DNA of 56,124 nt from Flavobacteriales bacterium (GCA_040382975.1 JBEIEI010000001.1:1-56124), one strand, 5' to 3'. Shown: positions 1 to 10,533, counted from the first letter of the stretch. Notes: generated from the sequence alone by a model not told the origin. Made by a program: numbers and translations.

Positions 1-148
1 AATAGAGTCCCAATGTAGTAAGTCGGGAACCGTTAGTTTTTACACGACTGATCTTCCGGAAACGTTTGACAAAGCCGCCACTCTTTTTTATGGAGAATCC
101 GTAAAGTCAAAGTATTTGGCACTTTAAAACATTTGTATTTAAAGTAGT

Positions 149-251
149 GTCACTTAGAGTAGATTTTTGAAAAAAATCGTATCGAGAAGCAAATTACTCA
201 AGCGTCTCGAGATGAAAATTCTAAGAGACAGAATTTTTTATTCGACGCGAC
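149..251. repeat. Pair of inverted REP-like hairpin units (BIME-like) downstream of the OmpA gene
   Basis: Unit 1 (+, 149-190) GTCACTTAGAGTAG-ATTTTTGAAAAAAATC-GTATCGAGAAGC. Unit 2 (-, 251-202) GTCGCGTCGAATAA-AAAATTCT-gtctctt-AGAATTTT-CATCTCGAGACGC. Both start GTC, end TCGAGA(A/C)GC and have an internal A/T hairpin. Confidence 0.6.
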
Positions 252-263
252 AATTGCTAAAGG

Positions 264-2402
264 TTATTGCTCTAAGACTTTAAATTCTGTTCTACGGTTG
301 TTTTGTCTTCCGTCGTCAGTATCATTTGTATCAATTGGTTTGGTTTCACCATAACCCTTTGCAACTAAGCGCGCAGTAGAAATCCCTTTACCAATTAAAT
401 AATCAACTACTGATTTTGATCTGCTTTCACTTAACTTCCAGTTATAATCATCAGAACCTTTGCTGTCTGTATGACTGCCTAATTCTATTTTTAGTGTAGG
501 ATTATCATTTAATAATTTAATTAGTCGCTCTAATTCATTTGCAGATTCTGGACGAATAGTTGCTTTGTCAAAATCAAAGAAAATATTACGTAAAACAATT
601 GTGCTGCCAATCTCGATCTTTTTTAAAGCCACATCTTTTGTAAACTCCTGAAAAGCTGCGTTATTAGGTATGTTAAAGTTTTCTGAGTGGAACAAATATC
701 CATCGCGTTTTACTGCGATACCATAATTTTTACCACTAGGCAAGTTTACTAAATACTTTCCTGTTGAGCTGTTTGATTTAAAGGTTGCTAACACAACGTT
801 CTTGTCATTATCGATCAAATCTATAGACGACTCCAAGGGCTGATGTGTTTTTGCATCACTAACAACACCTTTTAAAATTGTAAGTTTTGCCGACGCAACT
901 TCTACCGCATTTTCTACTTTTAAATTACTTACCGGGTTTGCTGCCATTGCTATCAACTGATCTTGTGTGTTTAATAACGGCGCTTTTTCAGGACCTAAAA
1001 AAGTAATTTTATAAAGGTCTTTTTCGCCAAAGCCTCCCGTTTTTGATGAAGCAAAATAAGCGCGGCTACCACTACCACTCACTACAAAAAACACGTCATC
1101 ATCTGGTCCGTTAATTGGGTAACCTAAGTTTTCTGGAGCCGACCATACACCGTTTAACAATGTTGATTTAAAAATATCATAACCGCCCATTGAGTTATGT
1201 CCTTTGCTACTAAAATACAAAGTTACACCATCGGGGTGCATAAACACAGCCTCCTCAGCATATTTTGTGTTTATTACAGGGCCAATATTTTTTGAAGCGC
1301 CCCATTCTCCTTTTACATCCATGTCGCTGTAATAGATATCTCTGTCTCCTAAACCAGATTCCTTATTACTTACAAAATACATACGCCTCCCATCAAAACT
1401 TAAACTTACGCTAGATTCGTGGTACTTCGTATTAATATATTTATTCATGTGTATCGGAGCTTCCCAGTCTACACCAAACAAAACGCTTTCGTATAGATCG
1501 CCACCATCTTTGCCCGAGTGTCTGTAAACATATAACTTACTTCCATCTGATGATAATCCTGCCGCAGCATCGTGGTTATCGGTATTAACTGTTTTGCTCA
1601 GTTGTTTTGAAGCTTGCCATTTTCCATTTGATTTAACAGATATATATATATCTTCGTAATAACCGTTGTCATTTTCATCACGCTTGCCACCGGTTGAATT
1701 ATCTCTTCTTGCTGTAAAAATTATGGTTTCTTCATCGGCAGAAATAGATGGGCCGTATTCAGGAAAAGCGCTGTTTATGGCCGATCCTAGATTGTCTACA
1801 AAAACACGTTCCGGCGTGGCGCTGTATTTTTTTCCGCTATTACATTCTGCAATTTTTTTGTTTACGTCATCTGTTTCTCCTGCATTCTTTTTTCCTTGGC
1901 TGAGGTAGAGTTGGTAGTGTTTTATCGCTTCATCCCAGCGACTATTTAATTGGTAACTCCAAGCTAACCAAAAAGCCATGTCGGTCTCTGCTATTGGGTC
2001 TAATTTGTAAGCTGTTTCAAAGTATTTTAATGTTTGAGGTGTAGTTGGATCAGTAATAAACGAAATAAAACCTAACATATAATTTAAACGCGCATTGTTT
2101 GGATTAAAACGTTGACCTTCGCCTAATGGAGAAATGGCATCTCTAAAATTATTATAACCTGATTTTTGATAGTCGTAATGACTTACAGGATAATATCTGT
2201 GTTCAGAAAAATAAGACTTTTTAAAATCTTCAAATTCTTTTCTGCCCTGCATGTAAAACTCTGTACCTATGTCTACCTGTTTGCGAGCGGCTTTCATTTC
2301 ATCTTTTTTCCCCGGAAAATTATCTTTATCAAACTCAATTGATTGTGAAAAAGAGAAAAACGAAAAGAAAATTAGGGTAATTGTAAAACGTAAATTTTTC
2401 AT
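264..2402 (-). CDS. OmpA-family peptidoglycan-binding protein with TPR, PD40 repeats and a carboxypeptidase-regulatory-like domain (PorE-like architecture)
   Basis: 712 aa; signal peptide; TPR region; PD40 repeats (PSISADEETIIFTARR, SVSLSFDGRRMYFVS, FMHPDGVTLYFSSKGH); C-terminal OmpA motifs IFFDFDKA...GSHTDSKG...N..LSESR...NRRTEF. Confidence 0.9.
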   Translation of the reverse strand: MKNLRFTITLIFFSFFSFSQSIEFDKDNFPGKKDEMKAARKQVDIGTEFYMQGRKEFEDFKKSYFSEHRYYPVSHYDYQKSGYNNFRDAISPLGEGQRFNPNNARLNYMLGFISFITDPTTPQTLKYFETAYKLDPIAETDMAFWLAWSYQLNSRWDEAIKHYQLYLSQGKKNAGETDDVNKKIAECNSGKKYSATPERVFVDNLGSAINSAFPEYGPSISADEETIIFTARRDNSTGGKRDENDNGYYEDIYISVKSNGKWQASKQLSKTVNTDNHDAAAGLSSDGSKLYVYRHSGKDGGDLYESVLFGVDWEAPIHMNKYINTKYHESSVSLSFDGRRMYFVSNKESGLGDRDIYYSDMDVKGEWGASKNIGPVINTKYAEEAVFMHPDGVTLYFSSKGHNSMGGYDIFKSTLLNGVWSAPENLGYPINGPDDDVFFVVSGSGSRAYFASSKTGGFGEKDLYKITFLGPEKAPLLNTQDQLIAMAANPVSNLKVENAVEVASAKLTILKGVVSDAKTHQPLESSIDLIDNDKNVVLATFKSNSSTGKYLVNLPSGKNYGIAVKRDGYLFHSENFNIPNNAAFQEFTKDVALKKIEIGSTIVLRNIFFDFDKATIRPESANELERLIKLLNDNPTLKIELGSHTDSKGSDDYNWKLSESRSKSVVDYLIGKGISTARLVAKGYGETKPIDTNDTDDGRQNNRRTEFKVLEQ

Positions 2403-2439
2403 GTTCTTAAATAAATATTTCTTAAATAATAAAAATAAA

Positions 2440-3495
2440 TTAGTCTAGGCAAGACGAGTTAATAAATTGTTTTGCCCCTGCAACACCAAGCTCTAAAGCT
2501 TTTTTCCAATCTGCACAGCAATCTGCCTCCTCTCGTAACATTTGCCTTGCAATACCTCTATTATAATAAGCGGGCCCATTTTTCGGGTCGCTTTCAATTG
2601 AGCGGCTTGCCATGTCTTTTGCTTTTTTGTAATCTTTGTTTTTAATAGCTATTGATGATAAGTTATTGTAAGCAAAAGAATTTTTTGGATCTTTTTTTAA
2701 TACATCTTCAAAATCCGTTTGGGCTGCTTTTAAATTATTGTTCTCAAAATTTGCGGACCCCCTATTGTTTAAAGCCATTAAATAATTTGGGTTTGTTTGA
2801 ATTGCTTTTGAATAAGCTTCTACAGCCTTTGGATAATTTTTGTTTAAACGATAAGCTGAACCTAAGTTGTTATGTATAAACGCAAGTGAATTATCTAAAC
2901 TTAAAGCCTTTTCGTAATCAGTAATTGCTCCAGGGTAATCTCCTTTTGCTCTTTTTACACTTGCGCGATCGTTATAAGCATAAACATAGTTTGGGTTTAC
3001 TGCAATTGCTTTAGAAAGAAATTCTATAGACTTATCATAGTCCTTTGTGTCATATAAATAAATTCCTTTATAATAACAAGCTTCAGCATGCGAAGGATTT
3101 ATTCTTAAACAATTATCTAAAGCCACCATTTCACTATCTTTTTGGATGAGGTCATAAAAGATCAAACTTTTGTTGAAGTAAAACTCAGGGTTTTGTGCAT
3201 TAATTTTAATAGCGCTATTAATATCTGAAATTGCTGCCGAGTGCTGTTTTAGACGGGTATTAGCGATGGCTCTGTTTGCAAGGGCTTTATCAAAGTTAGG
3301 CTTTAAAGTCAAGGCTTTTGTAAACAGATCAACAGCCCCAGTAAACTCATTTTTTTTAAGTGCGGCAAGACCATTGTTGTAGTCTTGTTCTGCAATTTGG
3401 TCTGGTGTTAAATTAGTAGCCACTTTAACTGTGTCCTGCGATCTAGCGCTAACCATAAAAAAAATCAGAATTGTCAAAAAGTAGTTGTGTTTCAT
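2440..3495 (-). CDS. Tetratricopeptide repeat protein (exported)
   Basis: Tandem TPRs (AYNDRASVKRAKGDYPGAITDYEKAL, AYYNRGIAR...ADWKKALELG). ATG at 3495 (MKHNYF) preferred over 3513 because a signal peptide follows. Confidence 0.85.
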   Translation of the reverse strand: MKHNYFLTILIFFMVSARSQDTVKVATNLTPDQIAEQDYNNGLAALKKNEFTGAVDLFTKALTLKPNFDKALANRAIANTRLKQHSAAISDINSAIKINAQNPEFYFNKSLIFYDLIQKDSEMVALDNCLRINPSHAEACYYKGIYLYDTKDYDKSIEFLSKAIAVNPNYVYAYNDRASVKRAKGDYPGAITDYEKALSLDNSLAFIHNNLGSAYRLNKNYPKAVEAYSKAIQTNPNYLMALNNRGSANFENNNLKAAQTDFEDVLKKDPKNSFAYNNLSSIAIKNKDYKKAKDMASRSIESDPKNGPAYYNRGIARQMLREEADCCADWKKALELGVAGAKQFINSSCLD

Positions 3496-3615
3496 TTTTA
3501 TTAGATTAAACACTAAATATAAAATATAATTTGAAATATTAAAAAAGAAGTTCTTAAACGCAAATCGCCCTTATTACTTATAAAAGCTTTAATTTAGGTT
3601 CAAAAATTCAACTAA

Positions 3616-4710
3616 ATGCAAAAGAGAATTTTATGTGGGTTTGTAAGTTTTTTATTTTTATTAAATGGCGTTTCGCAAATAGACGTAGGCGGTTTTATTA
3701 AAGACAAGCCTGTGAAGGCAAAAGCCAAAGTAAAAGAAAAAACCACCGATAGTTGGGAGAAGAATCAAAAAGAGTATGATGCCAGTAATTTTAATTACGC
3801 CATTTCTTTTATAGACAACAGTGGTCTTTTTGAGGCTGAAGAAAAGAGAGGGACTTTTATAAGTAATTTATTAAGCGTAGCAAATTTTGCCAATAACAAA
3901 GAAATTAGTAAAGAAGATAGGGCTTATACCAATTTAAGAAAACGGAGAGCTTTTGATGGCCGGAAATAAATTTAATTTAGCCGAGCAAAGTTTCAAACAA
4001 GCTAAAGACCTTAATGAAAAGGCAGGGAAGGACACCTCGGAAAATTATGCGCAAACTATTTCAAACTTAGCATTAGTATATCAATCCGGCGGCCGGTATA
4101 ATAAATCCAAATCCTTTTCTGAGGATGCTGTTTTGAAAAAAGAAACGGGTTATTATACTGAGGCAGAAAGTTAAAGACATTAATTCGCCCTGCATTTTGC
4201 ACATTGCTACCCATGGGTATTTTTTAGCGGATCTAAGTCAACTTGAAACAACAAAAATTTTAGGGGTTGATGTTGCTGCAGCTAAAGAAAATCCCTTGTT
4301 GCGAAGCGGGGTTTTTCTAGCAAACTGCGAAAATGTATTCGACGAAAACTTTCATCCATCGTCCAATAGCGAGAATGGAATCCTAACAGCATACGAAGCA
4401 ATGAGTTTAAATTTAGATAAAACAGACTTAGTGGTTTTAAGCGTTTGCGAAACAGGCCATGGTAGTGTTAAGCAGGGCGAAGGGGTTTAAGGTTTGCAGT
4501 GTGCCTTTTTAATTGCCGGGGCAAAAAAGTATTATTATGAGTTTATTGAGTGTGAGTGATGCGGCTACTATGGAGTTAATGACCTTGTTTTATACCAACT
4601 ACGCAAAAAGCGGAAACAAACAGCAGGCTTTTTCGGATGCCATAAAACAATTAAAAATTAAATACAAAGAACCATTTTTTTGGAGCGCTTTTGTAATGTT
4701 GAGCAAGTAG
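3616..4710 (+). pseudogene. Decayed CHAT-domain/TPR protein (4 ORF fragments)
   Basis: Signal peptide and TPR start; +1 A frameshift at about 3939-3942; jump at about 4165 from TPR straight to ILHIATHGYF; CHAT motifs NPLLRSG, GILTAYE, LVVLS.CETG; stop at 4488-4490 in GEGV*GLQ; second frameshift in the A-run at about 4523-4528; ends PFFWSAFVM. Confidence 0.9.
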
Positions 4711-4787
4711 TTTTGTTTTTTTGCTGATGTTTAATTTGCTTTGGGAAACGGGATAATTTGAAAGCAAATAAATGATCAATCTGATCT

Positions 4788-5585
4788 CTATTTTTTGATA
4801 AAAATATCATATGCATATCTTAGGATCATTAACGTTACAATTAATAAAAATAGTGTTCTAATAAACGTATTACCTTTTTTTAATGCAATTTTTGTTCCGA
4901 TAAGGCTGCCTGTTATGTTGCAAATCGCCATCAGTATGGCTAATTCAAACAAATAATTTCCTTGCCTAATAAAAACAATTAAGGCTGAAACATTTGTCAT
5001 GCAATTTAAAACTTTTGCGTAGGCAGATGCATGTAAAAAATCAAAACCTAAAACCACAACAAAACCCAATACAAAAAAACTTCCTGTCCCAGGCCCAAAA
5101 AAACCATCATAAAAACCAATTATTAGACCAATTAGAGAACCATAAATCAATTGTTTGTTTTGGGTTAAACGCTTTGTTTGTATAGAACCTAAATCTTTTT
5201 TTAGGAAAGTATAGGCGGCTATTATAATCAGCACAATTAGAATTGCGGGTTTCAAAACAGCTACATTCAAATAACTAATAACCTTTGCTCCTAAAAATGA
5301 TGTAAGAGCGGTACAAATTGAAATAACAAAAAGCAGCTTATAATTAAATTTAATTTGTTTGGAATATTGAATAGCAGATATACTAGTTCCGGCTAGTGCC
5401 GCAATTTTATTTGTTCCAAAAATTGTTGGTAAAGGAATGTTTGGTAAAGTTATAAGTAATGCAGGAAGTTGTATTAATCCACCCCCTCCAACAACGGCGT
5501 CAATAAAACCTGCTAGAAACGAAAACAATATAATTGAAGCTAATGCTATCCAACCGTAATCAGAAATAACGTCGGCAAAATCCAT
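4788..5585 (-). CDS. TSUP (TauE/SafE, YfcA-like) membrane transporter
   Basis: LAGFIDAVVGGGGLIQLPAL, GTNK and GFYDGFFGPGTGSF motifs; multiple hydrophobic segments. Confidence 0.9.
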   Translation of the reverse strand: MDFADVISDYGWIALASIILFSFLAGFIDAVVGGGGLIQLPALLITLPNIPLPTIFGTNKIAALAGTSISAIQYSKQIKFNYKLLFVISICTALTSFLGAKVISYLNVAVLKPAILIVLIIIAAYTFLKKDLGSIQTKRLTQNKQLIYGSLIGLIIGFYDGFFGPGTGSFFVLGFVVVLGFDFLHASAYAKVLNCMTNVSALIVFIRQGNYLFELAILMAICNITGSLIGTKIALKKGNTFIRTLFLLIVTLMILRYAYDIFIKK

Positions 5586-5851
5586 ACTTGATATTTTATA
5601 TTTATTTGTTAGATTTTTACCATTGTTTCGGCAATCGAATAAAAAACATGGCTGTAATTTACAATTTACACTATAAAAAAACTAAATATTCTACGCATAT
5701 TCACAAAGGAAATTATAATGGTATTTACTTTTTAATTGTATTTAAACTTTTCTATTGCCTAACAAGCCTGTTAATTTATTAAAGATTCATACGACTATTG
5801 TTTTAATAAATGCAACTTAGTTGGATCTGACAAACATTAATAAATTATCGA

Positions 5852-6367
5852 TTAGTAAGCAAGATACATTTGATGGTTAGGGTTTGAATGATTTTCGGAT
5901 ATCTTAAAATCATGACTACCAATAATTTTAAAACCTGTTTTTTCATAAAAACGTATAGCTCTTTTGTTTTCAGTCCATACAAAAAGCCACATTCCGTTTT
6001 GGCCATATTCTTTTGATAAGGTGAGGTTAAACTCGAAAAGCTCTTGACCTAATTTTAATCCGTAAAACTCTTTTAAAAGATAAATCCTTTCTAACTTAGT
6101 TACGTTTTGATGAAGAATATTTCGATGCGGGGAGTCAAAAATAATTTTTGAATAACCTGCAGGAGTATTGTTATAATAAATTATATGAAACTCGTTATTC
6201 TCATTTGATAACTCTTCTAAAAAAACGTCATCCGTAAATTTATGTTCAACGTATTTATTAATATCATCAGGCGCAGCACTAGTACCATGGGATTCTATAA
6301 ATGACACTTTGCCAATTTCTGCCAATAAAGGCGCGTGCTCTTTTTTTGCCTTTATAATTGATGTCAT
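5852..6367 (-). CDS. GNAT N-acetyltransferase (PaiA-like)
   Basis: KLERIYLLKEFYGLKLG and WLFVWTENKRAIRFYEKTGF motifs. Confidence 0.88.
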   Translation of the reverse strand: MTSIIKAKKEHAPLLAEIGKVSFIESHGTSAAPDDINKYVEHKFTDDVFLEELSNENNEFHIIYYNNTPAGYSKIIFDSPHRNILHQNVTKLERIYLLKEFYGLKLGQELFEFNLTLSKEYGQNGMWLFVWTENKRAIRFYEKTGFKIIGSHDFKISENHSNPNHQMYLAY

Positions 6368-6384
6368 TTTTTAGCAGCAGATTA

Positions 6385-8754
6385 TTAAAACTTTAGTGCT
6401 AATTGACCAACATATTGTGTAGGTGCACGCAAATCTCCCGGTCTTGCTTGATAAGATTGGTTAGTAACATTATTAACGATAAACGAGATCTTTAGTGTTT
6501 TACTTAAGTTAACCGACAATCGAAGATCGTGCACCCAAACACTTTTTTGAAACTCGCCAAAGTTTTTATTTAAGCCCGGTAAAATATAGTAGCCATCTAT
6601 TTCGTCAAAGTTAACGCCGTTTGCTGGCTCATTATACTCGTGTAAAATGCTTTGTACAAAACGCCTGTCAATGTTTTCTGTTTTACTTTGAAAGCGGGTA
6701 CTATAACCAATAGAAATAAATTTATAATCTAATTGCAAATCGCTTTTTAATAAATGTTTGCTTCTATATTTTAATGTTTTTACTCCGGGCAAACCAAGGG
6801 AGTCTCTTACAGAATTGTAATTAGGATTAATTGGGTTCATGTAGGTGTAACCGGAAAATACGGTTACGTTGATGGGACCAATTTTACCTGTACCGCTAAC
6901 AGAAACTTCATAACCTGTAATTTGTGCCTCGCCAATATTTTTTGATTTAAAACCAGCATACGCAATGTCTTGATAAAAAACGCCTGTTGGCCCGCCGGGT
7001 TTATAAATATCAAAAACAAATTCTATCATGTCTTGATACTTAGTATAAAAACCTGCAGCGTCTAAAAAGCCTTTAAATCCAGCGATTTTAAACCCTTGCT
7101 TTACGCCAATTTCTGCGCTATAACCACGCTCGGGTTGTAAATTAGGATTTGGATAAATTTGTAAAACACTTACCGACGTGCTCACAAATTTTTCGGCAAC
7201 AGTTGGAAACCTGTATCCCTGACCTAACGAGGCTCTAAAAAAAGTATATTCAAACGCATGGTAATTTAAACCAATTCTTGCTACAGGTTGAAAAGGCAAG
7301 GGTACTCTAAGGTTTTGTGGTAACAAATAACCTTTTGTTTTTGCGGTATCTAATTTGTAAAACTCACCTCTTAAGCCAAACGAAACGGTAAGCTTATTAA
7401 AAAGTTTTTTATCAGCTTGAATGTAGCCTGCAATATTTTGTCCGCTGTGTTTGCCGTACAAGGAGTCGCCTAAAACTTGTTGCTCCATGTACACAGCGCC
7501 GGTAGTTATGTTTAAATTATTCGCAAAACGTTTTTGATATTGAAGTTCGCTATAATACAATTCTGCATCACTTGCTTGATTTTTATCGTTGCGATTGATG
7601 GTTTTAAAATAACGGTTGCGCAAACTTAATTTATTGTTTTTCCAAAAGTAAGTAACAAATGGGTCTACATTAAAACGATCATTATTATATTTTTGTATCG
7701 ATCTGTCTTTAGGGATATAAGCAGAATCATAATTTTGCCACAAGAAAAATAAACCTCCGCGTACATTCATCATGTTTGTGTTTACACCAACAGCAAGCCC
7801 CGGCACTTTTTCAAAATTATATTTTAGGTTACAGTTTAATCGCTGTCTTTCTTCAGTTTCAAGCATTCTAAAACCATCATCATTAAACATATGAGCTCCA
7901 ATTACAAAATCTAAATTGCCGATTTTTTGTGCGTGCGATAAATTTATTCCTTTTTGAAACTGTGTTGTTCCCTTCCACCATTTGTATGTTTTTCGGGGTG
8001 CATCATAACTACCAAAAAATGAAGTAACATTTGTAATAGGCTTATCTTTTGCATAAATGGTGCGTAAGTTAATAACGCCATTCAATGCACTTGATCCAAA
8101 TAGGGCAGAGGATGCGCCTTTAATAACTTCAACCTGCTCTATGTTTTCTAGGGGTAAATAATTCCATTTAATATCTCCCGCATCAGCGCTTATCATTGGC
8201 ATTTCATCAACCAACATTAACACGCGGCTACCTGCTCCATAACTAAAACCGCTTCCGCCGCGAATACTTGCTTGCCCATCTGCCACAGTAACACCCGGCA
8301 CCTGATTAATAATTACATCGAGATTGGTTGCGTTTTTATTTTCAATAAGCGATGGTTTAATAATATCCATACTTACTGTAACCTCACTTAATTTTTGTTC
8401 AAATTTTCCGGCACTTATCACCACTTCATCTAGCGCAGTGTTGCCGTCTTCCAACAAAATGTTTAGTGTGGATTGTTCGTTCTCTTTTATTTCTATTGGT
8501 GTATTAAATAGTTTATAACCCACCATGTTGCATTGTAAGTTGTATTTGCCGGGCAATAATTTTAATTCAAAAAAGCCTTGTAGGTTAGTTGCTATTGCAT
8601 TTTTAGTATTTACACTTACAACAGCACCAATTAAAGTGTCACTTGTTTTTGCATCAACAACATAGCCTTTTACAAAACCAAAATTTGTTTGCGATCTTAA
8701 AATACTACAAAATAAAGCAAGAACTACTATGAGTTTAGTTGTAGATTTGTTCAT
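6385..8754 (-). CDS. TonB-dependent receptor
   Basis: Signal peptide, N-terminal carboxypeptidase-regulatory-like domain, LDEVVISA, plug motif IEQVEVIKGASSALFGSSALNGVIN, C-terminal F. Confidence 0.93.
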   Translation of the reverse strand: MNKSTTKLIVVLALFCSILRSQTNFGFVKGYVVDAKTSDTLIGAVVSVNTKNAIATNLQGFFELKLLPGKYNLQCNMVGYKLFNTPIEIKENEQSTLNILLEDGNTALDEVVISAGKFEQKLSEVTVSMDIIKPSLIENKNATNLDVIINQVPGVTVADGQASIRGGSGFSYGAGSRVLMLVDEMPMISADAGDIKWNYLPLENIEQVEVIKGASSALFGSSALNGVINLRTIYAKDKPITNVTSFFGSYDAPRKTYKWWKGTTQFQKGINLSHAQKIGNLDFVIGAHMFNDDGFRMLETEERQRLNCNLKYNFEKVPGLAVGVNTNMMNVRGGLFFLWQNYDSAYIPKDRSIQKYNNDRFNVDPFVTYFWKNNKLSLRNRYFKTINRNDKNQASDAELYYSELQYQKRFANNLNITTGAVYMEQQVLGDSLYGKHSGQNIAGYIQADKKLFNKLTVSFGLRGEFYKLDTAKTKGYLLPQNLRVPLPFQPVARIGLNYHAFEYTFFRASLGQGYRFPTVAEKFVSTSVSVLQIYPNPNLQPERGYSAEIGVKQGFKIAGFKGFLDAAGFYTKYQDMIEFVFDIYKPGGPTGVFYQDIAYAGFKSKNIGEAQITGYEVSVSGTGKIGPINVTVFSGYTYMNPINPNYNSVRDSLGLPGVKTLKYRSKHLLKSDLQLDYKFISIGYSTRFQSKTENIDRRFVQSILHEYNEPANGVNFDEIDGYYILPGLNKNFGEFQKSVWVHDLRLSVNLSKTLKISFIVNNVTNQSYQARPGDLRAPTQYVGQLALKF

Positions 8755-8823
8755 ATTTAACTATTAATAAGTTTACAAGATAGTAAATGCTTTTTTTATT
8801 TAGAAACAAAATTGAGCCTAAAT

Positions 8824-9933
8824 ATGAATTTTAATGAATTGCCTTATCAGATCGGTTTAACCTTAATTGAAGGGATAGGCGATGTTAATGCAAAATCGTT
8901 ATTAGCATATTGTGGCAGTGCAGCGGAAGTATTCAAACAAAAGGAGGCGCAGCTTTTAAAAATCCCGGGGATTGGTTCAATTTGGGCAAAGTCGATCGTA
9001 AACAGTAAAGATGTTTTAAAAAGAGCCGAAGAAGAAATTAAATTCATAGAAAAATATAACATTGAGCCGATTTTTTTCACCGACGAAAATTACCCCACTA
9101 GGTTAAAATATTGTAGTGATAGTCCCGTTTTAATGTATTATAAAGGCACGGCAGATCTTAATAGAGAAAAAATTATTGCTGTGGTTGGAACGCGTAAACC
9201 TAGTGAATACGGAAAAGAAAAAACTCAAGAATTTGTTGCAGAGTTAAAAGGTACAGGCGCGATCATTATTAGTGGCTTGGCCTATGGTGTTGATGTATTG
9301 GCTCACAAAACCGCATTAGAGAATGGTTTAGATACCGTTGGCGTGGTTGCTCACGGATTGGACAGAATATATCCGCAACTCCATGATAAAGTCGCAAAGC
9401 GTATGGTAGGGCAGGGTGGAGTATTAACGGACTTTATGAGCGGAACAAATCCGGACGCGGTTAATTTTCCAAAACGAAACAGAATTGTTGCCGGCCTATG
9501 TGATGCCTTGGTTGTAATTGAAAGTAAACGCGGAGGCGGAAGTTTAATTACGGCAACTATTGCAAACAGTTACAATAAAGATGTGTTTGCTTTTCCGGGA
9601 AGGGCAGGTGATGTTTTAGCAGAAGGCTGTAACGGATTGATAAAACAAAACCGTGCCGTATTAATTGAAAACGCTGCAGATTTATTATATGCCATGCAGT
9701 GGCAAGAAATTGAAAAAAAGCCGAAAGCATCAAAACAAATTCCTTTGCTTATAAATTTAAGTGATGACGAAAAAAGAATTATGGATGTGTTTTCAGTAAA
9801 ATCAAGTTTACATATTGACGAAATTTGTAAAACAACTGAATTTACCATCAGTAAAATTTCTGCATTGCTTTTACAATTAGAGTTCTCTAATATTATTAAT
9901 TCTCGTCCGGGAAAAATGTATGAGTTGGCTTAA
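8824..9933 (+). CDS. dprA: DNA-processing protein DprA
   Basis: IAVVGTR, IISGLAYGVD, FPKRNRIVAGL, GGSLITA and VFAFPG motifs plus C-terminal winged helix. ATG at 8824 preferred to TTG at 8812. Confidence 0.95.
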   Translation: MNFNELPYQIGLTLIEGIGDVNAKSLLAYCGSAAEVFKQKEAQLLKIPGIGSIWAKSIVNSKDVLKRAEEEIKFIEKYNIEPIFFTDENYPTRLKYCSDSPVLMYYKGTADLNREKIIAVVGTRKPSEYGKEKTQEFVAELKGTGAIIISGLAYGVDVLAHKTALENGLDTVGVVAHGLDRIYPQLHDKVAKRMVGQGGVLTDFMSGTNPDAVNFPKRNRIVAGLCDALVVIESKRGGGSLITATIANSYNKDVFAFPGRAGDVLAEGCNGLIKQNRAVLIENAADLLYAMQWQEIEKKPKASKQIPLLINLSDDEKRIMDVFSVKSSLHIDEICKTTEFTISKISALLLQLEFSNIINSRPGKMYELA

Positions 9934-9942
9934 GTTTATGCT

Positions 9943-10533
9943 TTAGCACAAATGTTTTTCAATGAGCACCAAAAGTTCTTTTTGCAGACTTAATGTTTTA
10001 TCTGCATTGTACCATTTATGAATTACTTCTCCTTTTTCTGCAAGCGTTGCGTTTTTTGATTTAAGTTCTAGTATTAACTCTTGCACCGCAGCAGGTCTCG
10101 GACCCCAAACAAAAAATTCTTTAAGTGATCTTTTATCTAAGCAGATCAATTTTGGAATTGAGCGCCCACCATCCGTTAAATACCGATCCATTAATTCTAA
10201 ATTTTCGTCTCGTTGTAACAATTTCAATTCGATTTTTTCACATTCTTTTTCAACGAGATGAATAACAGGGATGTTTTGCGCAGCATCTCCGCACCAACCT
10301 TCTGTTAAAATCAAAAAAACAAAATCTGATTTAACTTTTAAAAGAGCCTCTTTTACTTCCGGAATTAATGCAGCAGTTTTGTTTAAGCGGTGCATCCTAG
10401 CCAAATTCAGTTTGGCATAATTTAGAAAATCTTCTGTTTGATTTTCACCGGTGGTTTTTCCTTCAGCTATTAAGCCATCTAACAGGTTTTGGTAATTTTC
10501 GTAGGAAATACCTTTAGAAATATATGTTGTCAT
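9943..10533 (-). CDS. Thioredoxin-family protein (WCGD type)
   Basis: LTEGWCGDAAQ, RDENLELMD.YLT.G.RSIPKLI and WGPRP motifs. ATG at 10533 (MTTYIS) preferred. Confidence 0.85.
   Translation of the reverse strand: MTTYISKGISYENYQNLLDGLIAEGKTTGENQTEDFLNYAKLNLARMHRLNKTAALIPEVKEALLKVKSDFVFLILTEGWCGDAAQNIPVIHLVEKECEKIELKLLQRDENLELMDRYLTDGGRSIPKLICLDKRSLKEFFVWGPRPAAVQELILELKSKNATLAEKGEVIHKWYNADKTLSLQKELLVLIEKHLC

Noticed and set aside
1-120. Known riboswitch (SAM, cobalamin, TPP, c-di-GMP, ZTP, fluoride)
   Set aside because: No consensus core recognised on either strand by eye.
5588-5782. 64-aa intergenic ORF
   Set aside because: TTG start, very AT-rich, no motif, and opposite to the flanking genes; probably spurious.
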